Source: Tubiluchus corallicola
Taxonomy: Eukaryota > Animalia > Priapulida
Direction: 5' to 3'
Assembly (NCBI GenBank): GCA_030141605.1
Contig: JAQGDQ010000008.1
Coordinates: forward strand, 62,001 to 126,000
Length of the DNA stretch: 64,000 nucleotides
This document shows, in pieces, positions 1 through 12,615 of this stretch. The translations under genes were made by a program, and so were the position numbers. The notes beneath the pieces are model-generated. The model did not search any database and was not told where the DNA came from. It saw only the letters and a list, made by a program, of their open reading frames with translations. Positions within the stretch are counted from its first letter, which is position 1. Each line of letters opens with the position of its first letter.

Positions 1-2030
1 TCATGGTAATCTCACATCGATAGTTATAGCTCCTTGGAAAGATGAGGACTTGACTACAAGACAGGTTAATTCTTTTTCATTACCACCACCTGGACTAAAA
101 ACTACGAGTTAGTTCCAGGTTCCATTTCGAGTAACTCTTGCTTGGAAAACTGTGTAACGCCGTATATAATTTTCGTTTATACATATAGCCCTATAAGCAG
201 ACTTAGTATGAAGATACATATATTTGTCAGTCTGTAACCATCACCAAATGATAGAAGAAATATAGACAAACACCGTGTGGAAGCTTCGTGCATTATCGAT
301 TAAAATAATTTTGCAAGTCTATATAATACTTACACAGGTATATTTTTCTTGTTTATCTTTGTCTTATGTTTTTTTCGATCAAACGAATCGCACGAACATG
401 TTTAGGATTTTTTGAGTCGGAGATCTGCCTCCTCCTGAGCGCATTAAGTTTTATTTTAGAAATTATTTGCATTAAATGTGAAATTTTTACCTGTGCCTTT
501 TTACTTACATTCAAAAATTACACACAAAGTTATTGACATGTCAATAAAGTAGTCCGAAATGCGAAGCATTGGGTTACTCGCTTATTCTGCCAAACTGCCT
601 GGTCACGTCATTTAGAATCCCACGTATTGTTGTCATGATTCCATTTTGTGAGTATGTTAATTAGACCGACCTCTAGTATTGCTATAAAATCGTTTTTTCG
701 TAAGAATTTGGAATACAAAGTTACGTTATTGTGGCGTCACAATAAGAAACATGGGGGTAAAGACTTATTACTTGAACAACAACAACATCGAGAACGAGAC
801 CAGTGTCACAGCAAAGAAAGATCTGCTTCTACAACAGTCAAGCGAGCGAGCAACCAAAAAAATCGACCTAATAGACTATTACAAGTTTAAAGATGTACAA
901 TTCAATGACATTAAATTTTATTCTAAGCATTCTTATTTTGGAGCATACAAATACCTATTCTGTGAAATTCAAATACAGGCAGGCACAAATTAAAACTAAT
1001 GATCTAGCGAATCTATTCGTACAAGGAATTATTCAGAAGTGCAAAATCGGCTAGCCTTCTAATATCTGTTGTTGTTTATTCTGATTGTTATCATTCCAGA
1101 AAAGACCGAAATGCCTTGAATTTGGCTTATCACCTGTTTAAATAATAAGTGTTGGCAAATACCAGGCGATTCAATATTGTTCATTTAATTAAAATCTCAA
1201 AATTGCTGTTTTTATAGTGGTTACTTTTTTCTTAGTCGCAGCAATACAGACAAACTTTGCCATGCGTGGGTATTTATTTACATGCATGGTTGTTTGTTTA
1301 CATGCACGCCTGTTTATTTGCTGGGCTCGTTTGCTCAGCCGCTTGCTAGTTTGAAAAAAAGTACTTGAAATTGAAAATCGAAATCACTTACCAGTAGAAT
1401 GTATTGTAAACCTTAGACATATTAAAATGGTACAGGAAAATGGCACAGAAACTTTATAGCCTCGACTGTTTTCTTGGAACAATAAATACTATATTTTAAA
1501 GAGATTACGTATATGAATGTATTATAATTGCAGAAATCTAAGAAATAATATAATTTCAAAAAGAACCAACAAATAATAGCGCAAAAAGCGGAGCAGAAAA
1601 CTTGGTTTTTCGTAGTCACTTGTTTATAGATCCACCTTCAAATTGAGATAAAGAAATGTGCGTATGATAAACGACAGTCACGGTCTCAGGTGGTAAAGTG
1701 GCCTCTTAGGAAATAACGTTATCAATTAACACCCATGTTTCATCCTAGAATGGACACATGAAGCTATCTCAGGGATTAAACGATTTACTAGTTCATCTAC
1801 ATTCATCTCTCCAACATTCAATTACGTTAATATTTAATATCTAAAATAAAATGTTTATTACAAAATCAACGTTTCGGCTATGCACTCTAGTGTAGCTAAC
1901 ACGTTACTATTCCTATAGCTATCAAAGCACGATCGTAGCTACTAATGTTTGCCAATGTCAAGTGCGTAGCTGATATGTTGTTTTTTATTTAATACAGATT
2001 TTTTATTGCATTACATTAAATACAAATGTG

Positions 2031-2119
<89 letters not shown>
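2031..2119. repeat. (TA)n(TG)n microsatellite
   Basis: Direct reading. Confidence 0.95.
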
Positions 2120-2120
<1 letters not shown>

Positions 2121-2651
2121 CCGAAAGTGCGAACGTATAGGACAGCTATTCTGAATTACTAAAAGCTGTAAATGAACGTGGCCATATTTTGTAGTAAAGC
2201 AATTATAGTCCTCGGTACTTTTAAATGGCTTCTTTGCTTCATGCGCAATATTACGTGAAGCTTCTCCAAACTAGTCAGTTTCTGATTAAAAACGTGCCCG
2301 TGTATCATGTTACAAGAGCTTTCATAAGTTTATCTGCAATGAAATTTTCAAACTAGTGATATTCTTTGACAAGTGACAGAAAATCAGGTTGTAAAACGAT
2401 ATTTCATGGCAAAAATGAACTGGGATGTTGGGATCAAAAACTGTTTCTATTATAAAGCAACCTAACGCTATTTAAATGATAATTTTATGGAGGTACGCAG
2501 AAATACGTCATACTCAGAGGCAAAGGCTGTTCAGAGAAAGAAACTAATAAAATAAAACACACAAAAATGCTGATTATTACGGAACGTATAGGGGCATTGT
2601 AAAAAAATTATGAATTAAATAAAAATTTGTTACCATGAGATAAAAATCATT

Positions 2652-2860
2652 CATTTATTCTTAACACTATGTGGGACGTTTGCGCTTGCTCGACATTCCC
2701 GACTTTGCCGTGTACCGCCTCACTGTGAACTGAGGAGCCAAATACCTCGTCGATATGTACAATAGTAGCGCCAATGTACATGGTGCGACGGTCTATGGAA
2801 ACCGCAGTACACTGGGCTGTCGAGCATGCGCAAATATCCCACGTAATGTTGCAATAAATA
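2652..2860. mobile_element. MITE-like element with about 44-bp imperfect terminal inverted repeats
   Basis: Left catttattcttaacactatgtgggacgtttgcgcttgctcgaca matches the reverse complement of right tgtcgagcatgcgcaaatatcccacgtaatgttgcaataaata. Confidence 0.65.
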
Positions 2861-2874
2861 TAACAGCCTCATAA

Positions 2875-3098
2875 TGGCGAATTCAGACTAGTGAGTTCTC
2901 TCGCAAATTCTCTCTGAGAGTAAACTCGCAAGTGTGAACGGCTTGACAAGTTCTCTCGCAATTTATTACACAAAAACTCTCGATGAGTTTGCAATGACTT
3001 GCGAGAGAACTTGGAAAGTCGTTCACATTTGCGAGTTTACTTTCAGAGAAAACTTGCGCAAGGACTTAGGAGAGAATCTGTCTAGTCAGAACGAGCCG
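2875..3098. mobile_element. Palindromic MITE, PIF/Harbinger-like (TAA target duplication)
   Basis: Ends are tggcgaattcagactag and ctagtcagaacgagccg. The interior is inverted along most of its length (gagagtaaactcgcaagtgtgaacg vs cgttcacatttgcgagtttactttc), with TAA on both sides (2872-2874 and 3099-3101). Confidence 0.72.
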
Positions 3099-3908
3099 TA
3101 AAGCCTCGATTATATGTTTTTCTTTTCATTCTGAAGGCTTTTCAGTCGCTTCCCATCTTTGTTGCAACGAAGCGCCACGAGGTCTGCCCAAGTTTATTAC
3201 AAAGCCGAAAAAAAAATTCTACACCTGAAAATAATTAAAAATGCCCATACGATCAATTATAGCATTATTATAAACAAAAAATGACAATTTTTAGCAGAGT
3301 CACAATCACTAAAAGCCCCTAGATGGCATGTTGGTGTAAACAACAGCATGGTTTGATGTGTTTGCTTGAGAAAGATGTCTAATTGTGTCACCTGAACATT
3401 AGACTAAAAAGTTTGCTTAGCTGCTGAAAGTAATATAGCCATTCGTTTATGAATAACAATGGTGTACACGTGTAACGCATTTATAATAATGAGTAATACA
3501 TGTATAACTCAGGTATGGTACAACCAATTTCTTTAAAATCTCGATTTGAATGATACAGTGGGTAATATTGTTGTGTTTGTTCGCTGTTTTTTGAATCTGA
3601 TTGTCCTTGTTGTTGATATTGATGATTATGACAACGCTGACGATGATAATGGCGATGATGATATTTGTCGAAAACAAATTGCGATTTATTATTTTTTATT
3701 GTTTGTAAAGATCGTAAATGTGGGAGAGCTAGACTGATCCTTAAATTTTGTCCCAAATTCAAAAACCCAATCTTTGTTTTCGGATCCAGACAAATGTGAA
3801 ATTATTATTGTTGCTGCTCTTTGCATCGTTATGTTGCCTGCCTGACAAAAAACCATGAACAGCAGATAAAATATGTGCGTAATTATTAATTATTACGATA
3901 TCATTTAC

Positions 3909-4115
3909 ATATAGATATAGATATAGATATAGATATAGATATAGATATAGATATAGATATAGATATAGATATAGATATAGATATAGATATAGATATAGAT
4001 ATAGATATAGATATAGATATAGATATAGATATAGATATAGATATAGATATAGATATAGATATAGATATAGATATAGATATAGATATAGATATAGATATAG
4101 ATATAGATATAGATA
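3909..4115. repeat. (ATATAG)n hexanucleotide microsatellite
   Basis: Perfect array; it explains the poly-IS ORF. Confidence 0.97.
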
Positions 4116-5032
4116 GACTACTTCGGACAGTCGCCGAAGTTGCGAAAGCCTGGCTTAATATTGGCAACAACTTTTTTGTATACAGCTATATGCTGTAGAT
4201 ACTGCTTACTGCAGTAATGCTTGTGAACATGACTCTCAAATGAGACAATCGGTCCATGATGCAGGTTTAACTATGTAATTAAGATGACTTTATTAGGATT
4301 ACTAGGCTTATAATAGATCCGAAGCGATGTTAATTTATACAACAAACTAGAACGCAGCTAATTAATGAACAATAACACAAAGAAAAAGGAAAGAAGACAT
4401 GACGCTTCAAACTAGCGCTGTAGCTGTAAATGCTGTGGTTCTTTGTTATTTCTGCGTGTTATCCTTTTTTCAGTGTAATATTTTTGTCTGTTAATATAGT
4501 AATGTAAAAACACTAAAAATTAGTATTAGTAATTTTATGTGATTTTTTTCTATCTTTTCCTTCATCTAAAGATAAACTACAGTGGTAGTTTGAAACGTCG
4601 TGTGTTTTCATTGTTTCTTATTTGTGGGATTTTTCACTGACTGTCGCTATTCTTATCACTGTGATGTGAAGCTTGCAAACAGTTAGGCGAGCTGGTTATT
4701 TAGGAGTCATTTAACGAACGAAATACCAGAAAAAGATAGACAGAGAGAAGTGGAAGAGGAAAGCAGCGGCGGGGAGAGAGGTAAATAGAGCGAGAAAATA
4801 ATAAAGACAGAAGAGAGAGAGAAAGAAGACAAAAAGATGAAGATGAAGGGAGAGAAAGTGTAGGTAGAGAAAGAGACTACATAGGGAGAAAGAGAGCAAA
4901 ACCACGAAAAGATTTACGGAGAGTAAAGAAAATGCATAAAGAAAGAACGATGTAGACGAAGAAAGAGAGCAAGAAAGCCAGAGAGTGAGGTGGAATAAGG
5001 AAAGAAAAGAAAGAAGCAGAGAGGGAGAGAGA

Positions 5033-5082
<50 letters not shown>

Positions 5083-5679
5083 AGGAGACAGCGCGGAAGA
5101 GATGGAGAATAATTTATTTACATCTTGGAAAGCCTAATGCTGTTGATGACCAAATTTTGTCGTGCTAGAGCTGTCTAGGCGTTATTCCCAGTTAGGAATG
5201 TAAACAGCCGAATTTGTCAATTAACCAGTTGTTCTATATATGTCTAAATTAAAAAAATATATACAAAAGTTAAGTATCAACATGCAACTCATTCACGGGA
5301 CTGTTTGGGGACAACGTTCTTTATTCAGGGATAGGGTTAATGAACTTTTCTGAAATTGCTTTCTAATCTGTAAACAACAATTTTGCAAATGTACAAATTT
5401 TTGATGACGTTTGTGCTTTAAATAATCGTGTGTATTCATTTAATGGTTTTGTTTGAAATATTTGTGACCACCGTATCTTTTCGACTCAGAAATTTCTTCA
5501 ACTTTAAATTATTGACACAAAAAGATGAAAGTAATTAGTATAACTTCGCTAGTTTGCCTTTGCTTTGTGTTTAAAACTTTGAATTATTTTGTCATTCTCC
5601 GCACGTTTTGTTTTAATTATTAATTTGATCACCGAAGTAGTTCTCCACTTCACCATTTAAGCAAGTTTAACACTAAATG

Positions 5680-5806
5680 AAAAGTTTAATGCTCTTTATT
5701 AGTCTCAACATATATTTTATTGACAAGAGCTTTAGTCCTAGAGGGCCTAACTAGAACTGGCTAACAAAAAGTCTGCTTTGAGACTAAGAAATAGCATTCA
5801 ACTTTG
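5680..5806. mobile_element. Small MITE-like inverted repeat
   Basis: aaagtttaatgctctttattagtctcaa pairs with ttgagactaagaaatagcattcaacttt. Confidence 0.55.
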
Positions 5807-7036
5807 TTTATATGACAACTTACGTTTAACACTAGTTAGGAAAACTATAATTTAAATTCAATTCAATTATTTTTGCAAAGTGCAAATCATTATCGTGTCC
5901 TCCCGTGGCTGATGTCACTCACCAACAACAGCAAAAATGTTTTCGCAGATCTTTTCGCAAAACATGTAACTTCTTTTTCTTCTTCGCTTAGTCATGACTA
6001 GCCACAAAAACAGCGCAACCTACCCAACGTGAGCATTATCTCTTCAAAGTCAGCGGCTGCTTTGCTTGTCAGAGAAGCTTAAGTCAAACTGACATTTAAT
6101 GATGTCCTCTAAGCTCATTGTTTAGCACATCTACGTAGGATGCCGCTTTTTACTCACAGATTCGTTCATTTAAAAATGGCTCATTTAAAAATCAATGCAT
6201 TAGTGCACGTGTGTTCTTCAACCTGCGTTTAACACCTATTTCTAAAGTAGTAAGCCAAATCACTAGTTAACTCCTAGTAATAATTATTTTATCGTAGACC
6301 ATCAACTGACATCAATTTACTGATAGCTAGATAACGATTGACGAGGTTTAGGGCCTAATACTTGTACCTTCTATGTAGCCTATATGCGATTTTATTAATC
6401 GTGAGGTGGCATACCGAGGTTTTCTTCCTATATAGTGCGTATAAAGAAAGTGATATAGTAACGGTAGAGATGGCACTTGCAATATTTAAATGGAAAATGA
6501 AAGAAAAACGGGAGGTTTATCAAGTCCTGCTCCTTTTACGTAATTCATTTGTGGCGTATGCATGGCTGAATGGATAGGCACTCACGTTTTATGTTGCCGA
6601 CTTTGATCGCTTTTGGAATTTGATACTCTCTCTGGGCATCATCTGTAAACCATCATTGTACATATCGTATAGAAAGTATGTATAGGCATCCGTAAAACGC
6701 GTGTGAAGAGGCACCTCTGCTTGTTGGAGTGATTCATCTGAGAGAGATACGCTTGACAGTTAGGCAGGCTCAGATCAAGGCACAAAGATCTCGTTGAAGT
6801 TCTAATGATCGCCTTTGAATGGCAGGTTCAAGCTCGCAGTATTTAAATGTGTAAAAAATACAATTACTATAGAGAATTCTTGTGTCCCAACCCCTTCTGC
6901 AATAGTTCCGCAAGCTCTATTTTTCTTTCTTACTTTTTTACCTTAAAGATAATAAAGAAATGAATAAAATTAGATGGCTTACAGCAGAACTATGATGGAT
7001 TTTCTCAGTTATGTTTCACGTTTTTCTTTTCAGATC

Positions 7037-7218
7037 ATGAAATCGTTGACGACAGTTATGTTGGCGGGCGTGGTTATGGCAGTTGTTTTATTAACAGCGG
7101 ACGCAGAGGAGGGAATGCCCACACCGCCGCTCAGACCATCATTGTTTAGAAGTCCAAACGACTTGAGGGACTACTTACAGAAGTTGAACGAATATTACGC
7201 GATAGTGGGTCGACCGAG
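7037..7218 (+). CDS. NPF: Neuropeptide F precursor (gene 1), first coding exon: signal peptide plus most of the mature NPF
   Basis: Acceptor tttttcttttcag ends at 7033 and ATG is at 7037. It encodes MKSLTTVMLAGVVMAVVLLTADA (signal) followed by EEGMPTPPLRPSLFRSPNDLRDYLQKLNEYYAIVGRP-R. The donor AG|gtaaga splits the penultimate Arg codon in phase 2, the intron position characteristic of NPY/NPF genes. The LxxYLxxLNEYYAIVGRPRF pattern is typical of molluscan and annelid NPF. Confidence 0.96.
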
Positions 7219-9824
7219 GTAAGAAAATGGACTTATCAGGGAGGGGGCCGCTTACCGAAGTTCAACAAATATTATGCAATAGTCAGTGGTCAGATTTACG
7301 CAATAGTTGGTCGACCGTAAACACTAAGCAACTAGTGTTTGAGGGACTACTTATAGAATTTGAGCGAGTGTTGTCTAGTAGTCCGTCATCTGCTGTATTG
7401 CTGTATATAATCAAATTATTGGTTATAATATGAGGAGTGATTTATCAAATTTATTTAAGAAGCCAGGTCAACCACAACAAGTTGCATAAATTAAGTGGTA
7501 CTCTACACGCAAACCAAATCTTATTTGGAAATGCTTACTACTAACCGGTCACAAAGCGTTGTCAGATTAACTAACCTAACACTGCGAGAGAATAGAAAAA
7601 GTACATCACAATTTCTACAACGATGCTTCTTGAGAATTTGGGTAATTTGAGAATGTGAAACGCGTTTCGTGTTCTCACATTTTTAGCAGCCCATATTATC
7701 AGAAATGTATCTTTTGCAAAAAATAAGGTTGTTTAAAAACAGAAATTAATGGAATTCTGAATTTGCTCTTCATTACTTGATGCCCTTGAAATTAGATTAT
7801 AAATAATTAAAGTGAAAATTAAGTGGTAAACCACTTAAACTAATTAATTAATGTCACATGAATTCCGTGGTTTACACATAGGCTTACTAAACTACCCTTT
7901 ACAACTCGATTGTTTGAGCATTTTTGTGATCCAGCAGACCGATTTGAGTTACAAATGATACAAAGATACTCATTATCAATATTTAAGTCATGTTGAGCGT
8001 AATGGATAATATTTTTCATTCACATCTTCGCGCAGAATTTTTAATGTTGCTTTTACAGTGCAGCAGTCCATTCTTATTGGAAAACTTGCATTATTCTACC
8101 CAGTTCGTAAATATATCTTTTAAAAATATCTTTTACTCAACTTTTTACCACCGAGTAGTTTTTAAATTAAGAATTGTTAACTGTGACACTAAATACTTAC
8201 CATAAACCAAAGATTTCGTGTTACTTAATAATTTTTTGCAACTAAGCTATTCTCAAAGTTTTAGTTATCTAACTCGAGTGCAGATGGCAGCAGCAACATA
8301 CAAGTACCCTGACTGCTGCTGGCATCTTTTCGATGACTGCTGTTCTATGACAACAAATCAAACGTGTTATTAAACGCTTTAAACGGTTTTCATAAGAAAA
8401 CCACCATTAGTCAATTCAGATTTTTCCACTTTTTCTCCGGATTTTTCTTTTTATTCCTGCTAAAATCCTTTTTTAATATTTTCATTTAATTTCGTAGTAA
8501 AAAAACGTGGTTTACAACTTCTAACGGTTCATAGGCCGTACTCTAGCGCGCATGAATCACACTGGCGGAAAATTGAGTACTTATATAATTTTCATTGCGT
8601 TTCTTTTTACAGTGTTTTAGTACTAATAAGAGCTAGCGTTCCTTTAGTGTATTGGTTGTTAAGATTATGCCTTAGAAGATGTGGCTACCTCATCAGACAC
8701 TAGAAGTCCATGGACATTAGTGAGCCTTGAACAATTGCAGGGTGGTTGTTACATTTTTACTAAACTGCATCTGGGCCTGGTAGGCTGTGGCACGTAGATT
8801 AAATAGTGGACATCTAGGTAGTGGTCATTTTGGTAGTGTACAGTAAGCAGCGTATTTGTATCTACCGTTACCACCCACATAACACCTTTATAATCACCAC
8901 ACACAACCACCGCCATGGCACCATCACCACAACCACAACCACTACCACTACAAAATACAAACACACTAGCACCACGAGCAGCAGCAGCCTCGCCACCGCC
9001 GCCACCACCACCAACACCAACAGCACGAGTACCACCAACACCACGCCTACCACCAGCAACACTATGACCATGCCATCATCATCTCTATTGCTTATTACTG
9101 TGTTCCATTACTGTCACAATGACTACAGTCATCGACGGTTGTGTTTATGCAATGAATAAAATTTTGTTAAACATATTTTGGTTTATTCACATCTTGTTTT
9201 ATATTACATCAACAATAATAGAATAGCTGTGATGCTTTCTAATGTCATTTGTTAGAGAAACTTAGAATAACAATACACGTTCTACTGTCCAATGCCCAAG
9301 TGTCGTGTTTAAATACGTATGTTAGTGACCATTGTCTGAATTTAACTAGGGAACTGTTCACATAGACTGGGGAACAGGTGAATGAACAAAAGCAAGCAAC
9401 TTATATTGTACAGTATTTGTAACATTTATTACAAATTATATAGCTCTAATAATTGCCAAACCACTGGCAAAATTGATATACCTTCATGTAATTTTAGACC
9501 CTAGAGCAAAGGTGTAATTTGCGTACACGATTGCTGCCCTAAGTAGTGTTATTTAAAGGTGATAAAGTGTCACCTATGATTATGCTGCCTCAGAATAATA
9601 CTGTCAGAATAGCACTGATGTTGATAGCACTTGCATAATTTGAGTGTTGTGGCATTACATATCATTCTCTCCTTTGCTAGGCAAGTGCATATATGCAGCT
9701 ATTTTGATTGCAATAAGTCAACATTGTCTGCTGGTTTTGCTAATGTAGCGCCGAAAGATTAAATGCAATATTTGTTACAAAGGTATATTATTGCTCCCAG
9801 TACTAGACTCGCTTCGCCAGCCTG

Positions 9825-10660
9825 CAGATTACATTAGATTAGATTACATCAGATCAGATCGGATCACGTCAGAAATATTGTTTTCTGATCCGTTCTGAGC
9901 TATGCTGAGCTGAGCGGAGCAGAGCAGATTAGAGCATAGCAGATCAGATCAGATCAGTTTAGATTAGATTGAAGCGGATTGGATTGAATAGAATTGGATT
10001 GGGTTGGGTTGGATTGCATTGCATTGGACTGGACTGGGAAGGACTGTACTGAACAAAACTAGACTGGACTGGATTGGACTGATATGGACTGGATTGGATT
10101 GGATTAAATTAGATTAGATTGGATTGGATTGGATTGGATTGGTTTGGTTTGGATTGGACTGGACTGGACTGGACTGGACTGGACTGGACTGGACTGGACT
10201 GGACTGGACTGGACTGGACTCGACTCGACTCGACTAGACTAGACTAGACTAGACTAGACTAGACTAGACTAGACTAGACTAGACTAGACTAGACTAGACT
10301 AGATTAGATTAGATTAGATTAGATTAGATTAGATTAGATTAGATTAGATTAGATTAGATTATTAGATTAGATTAGATTAGATTAACTTGGATTGGGTTGG
10401 ATTGGATTGGACTGAATTGGATTGGATTGGATTGGTTGGATTGGATCGAATCGGATCGGATCGGATCGGATCGGATCGGATCGGATCGGATCGGATCGGA
10501 TCAGATCAGATCAGATCAGATTACGTCACGTTAGTCTAGCTAGGCTAAGCTAGGCTAAATCCAACCCAACCCAATCCAGTCCAGTCCAGTTTAGTCCAGT
10601 GCAGTGCGGTCCAGTCCAATATAATGCAATACAATCCAACCCAACCCAATCCAATCCTAG
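9825..10660. repeat. Compound pentanucleotide microsatellite (AGATT/GGATT/GGACT/CGACT/AGACT/GGATC/AGATC) with an inverted distal part
   Basis: Direct reading. 10561-10657 is the reverse-complement orientation (CCAAT/CCAGT). Confidence 0.95.
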
Positions 10661-11782
10661 TCTAGGCTCAGTTAAACTAGATAGGGTGTAGTAAGAATTG
10701 ATACAACATCCTACAAGGGTTTACCAAGAATTGATACAACATCCTACACCTCTCTAATAGTCATTTGTTTACATGAAACAGACTGCATCAGAATTATAGT
10801 GCCGAGTGCAATATGATTTTGCACTTCTGAATAATGGCGAAAAGGAATAGCACTCGAGAATTCATTTGAAGGGTATATGACCAAATTGCGCTACCTGATA
10901 ACCAAACCCGTCGCGTTAATAACATGCCATACTTACATTTTTTATGAGACAAGAACACAATTACAACTGTGTTCATGTACAATGTTACGTACAACTACAC
11001 AATAGCAAACAAATGCAAGTAAGCAACCAAGTAAGCAATTAATAAGTGAGCAAATAATATGCAACTGCTTGCAGCTGAGCTAAAAGCTAGGACTTGAAAC
11101 GACCAACTGCAATGTGTGGTGCATTAGGGTATTAGGTATGTTTGAGTATTAGGGACAAGACAAAAGAGATCCGAAGTGGAAAGGGATGATATGATGGTAA
11201 AATAAAGCTGTATGTAAGTAATGTAAGTTGAAGAGAAGAAAACAGTTTTAACAACATTTAAAACCTGCAAAGAAATGATGGGGTAATAACTATGAAAATG
11301 CGATGAAATGGCTATAGCATGATAAGTTTGATATGTATACAGACTGTGAATGGCAACCAACATGGTACATGCAATATGGAAAGAACAGCTGAAGGTCAAA
11401 TCCACCTCATATAGTTAGTTTCCATCTACTTCTTAACTCTAGATAGACGTGATACTGTTCTCATATTACAAGAAATAGAATTACGGTGTTACGGTGTTTA
11501 AAATGTTCGCTTATAGGATTTATGAAAAACTGTGGAAACAAATTAAACTGGGTTTTGTGCATGAATACAGCAATATTGTACTTAACGAGATCATCAATTG
11601 TTAATTGTTAATTGTTTACATTACTTAGTAACTATTATAAGAAGGGCTACAGGAGGGAAATGTTACTATTATTATTAAATTTTATAACCTCATATAAAAT
11701 TATCAATACAACAAAATAAAATATACAATGAAACACATAGCTACCAATCACGCTATCAAAACCATATAGTCAGATGACAGAA

Positions 11783-12214
<432 letters not shown>

Positions 12215-12215
<1 letters not shown>

Positions 12216-12615
12216 TTATTTATTATTATTTATTTATTTACAATACATCTATGAACTGAAGTCAAGAGATTTATATGTCCATTAAAAAACATCGTAAAAC
12301 ATATCGACAATGTACAGAAAGTAAAATTACTGCTAAAAGTAGAAAATACATAGTATATGGTTAGTACAATATAAACACACAAGTAGGTGCAAATAAATTA
12401 AAAGTGCCGGTAAAAAGATTAAAACTTGATTAGTACGATAAAATTGTATAAGTATGGTAAAAAATTTACATCTTACATCATTTATCAAATCACATATTTT
12501 CTAGTAAATATTTTTTTAAAAGTTTCTTAAATTTATTTATATTACTGGCTTGTTTTATTTTACTGGGTAAATTATTCCACATTACAGCACCATTATACAT
12601 GACAGAATGTTTAAT
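12215..12615 (-). mobile_element. 5'-truncated CR1/L2-type LINE 3' end
   Basis: The minus frame SVMYNGAVMWNNLPSKIKQASNINKFKKLLKKYLL-stop matches the WNxLP...FKxxLK C-terminus of CR1-group ORF2. It is followed by a UTR and an (AAAT)n/(TATG)n microsatellite tail. Confidence 0.75.

Noticed and set aside
1-64. Possible coding exon end HGNLTSIVIAPWKDEDLTTRQ|gttaat at the window edge
   Set aside because: It is too short, the donor is weak and no downstream partner exon was found.
648-993. Overlapping 80-aa ORFs
   Set aside because: No recognisable motif, splice context or signal peptide.
6660-6830. Possible non-coding exon 1 of NPF gene 1
   Set aside because: Only a weak donor (cag|gttcaa) and no clear TATA box were found, so it cannot be placed from sequence alone.
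6974-7036. N-terminal extension MAYSRTMMDFLSYVSRFSFQI in the ORF track for NPF
   Set aside because: It runs through the polypyrimidine tract and acceptor at 7033, so it is intronic. The true start is ATG 7037.
8282-8327. 14-bp hairpin agatggcagcagca / tgctgctggcatct
   Set aside because: It is isolated and too short to call a miRNA or a Helitron end.
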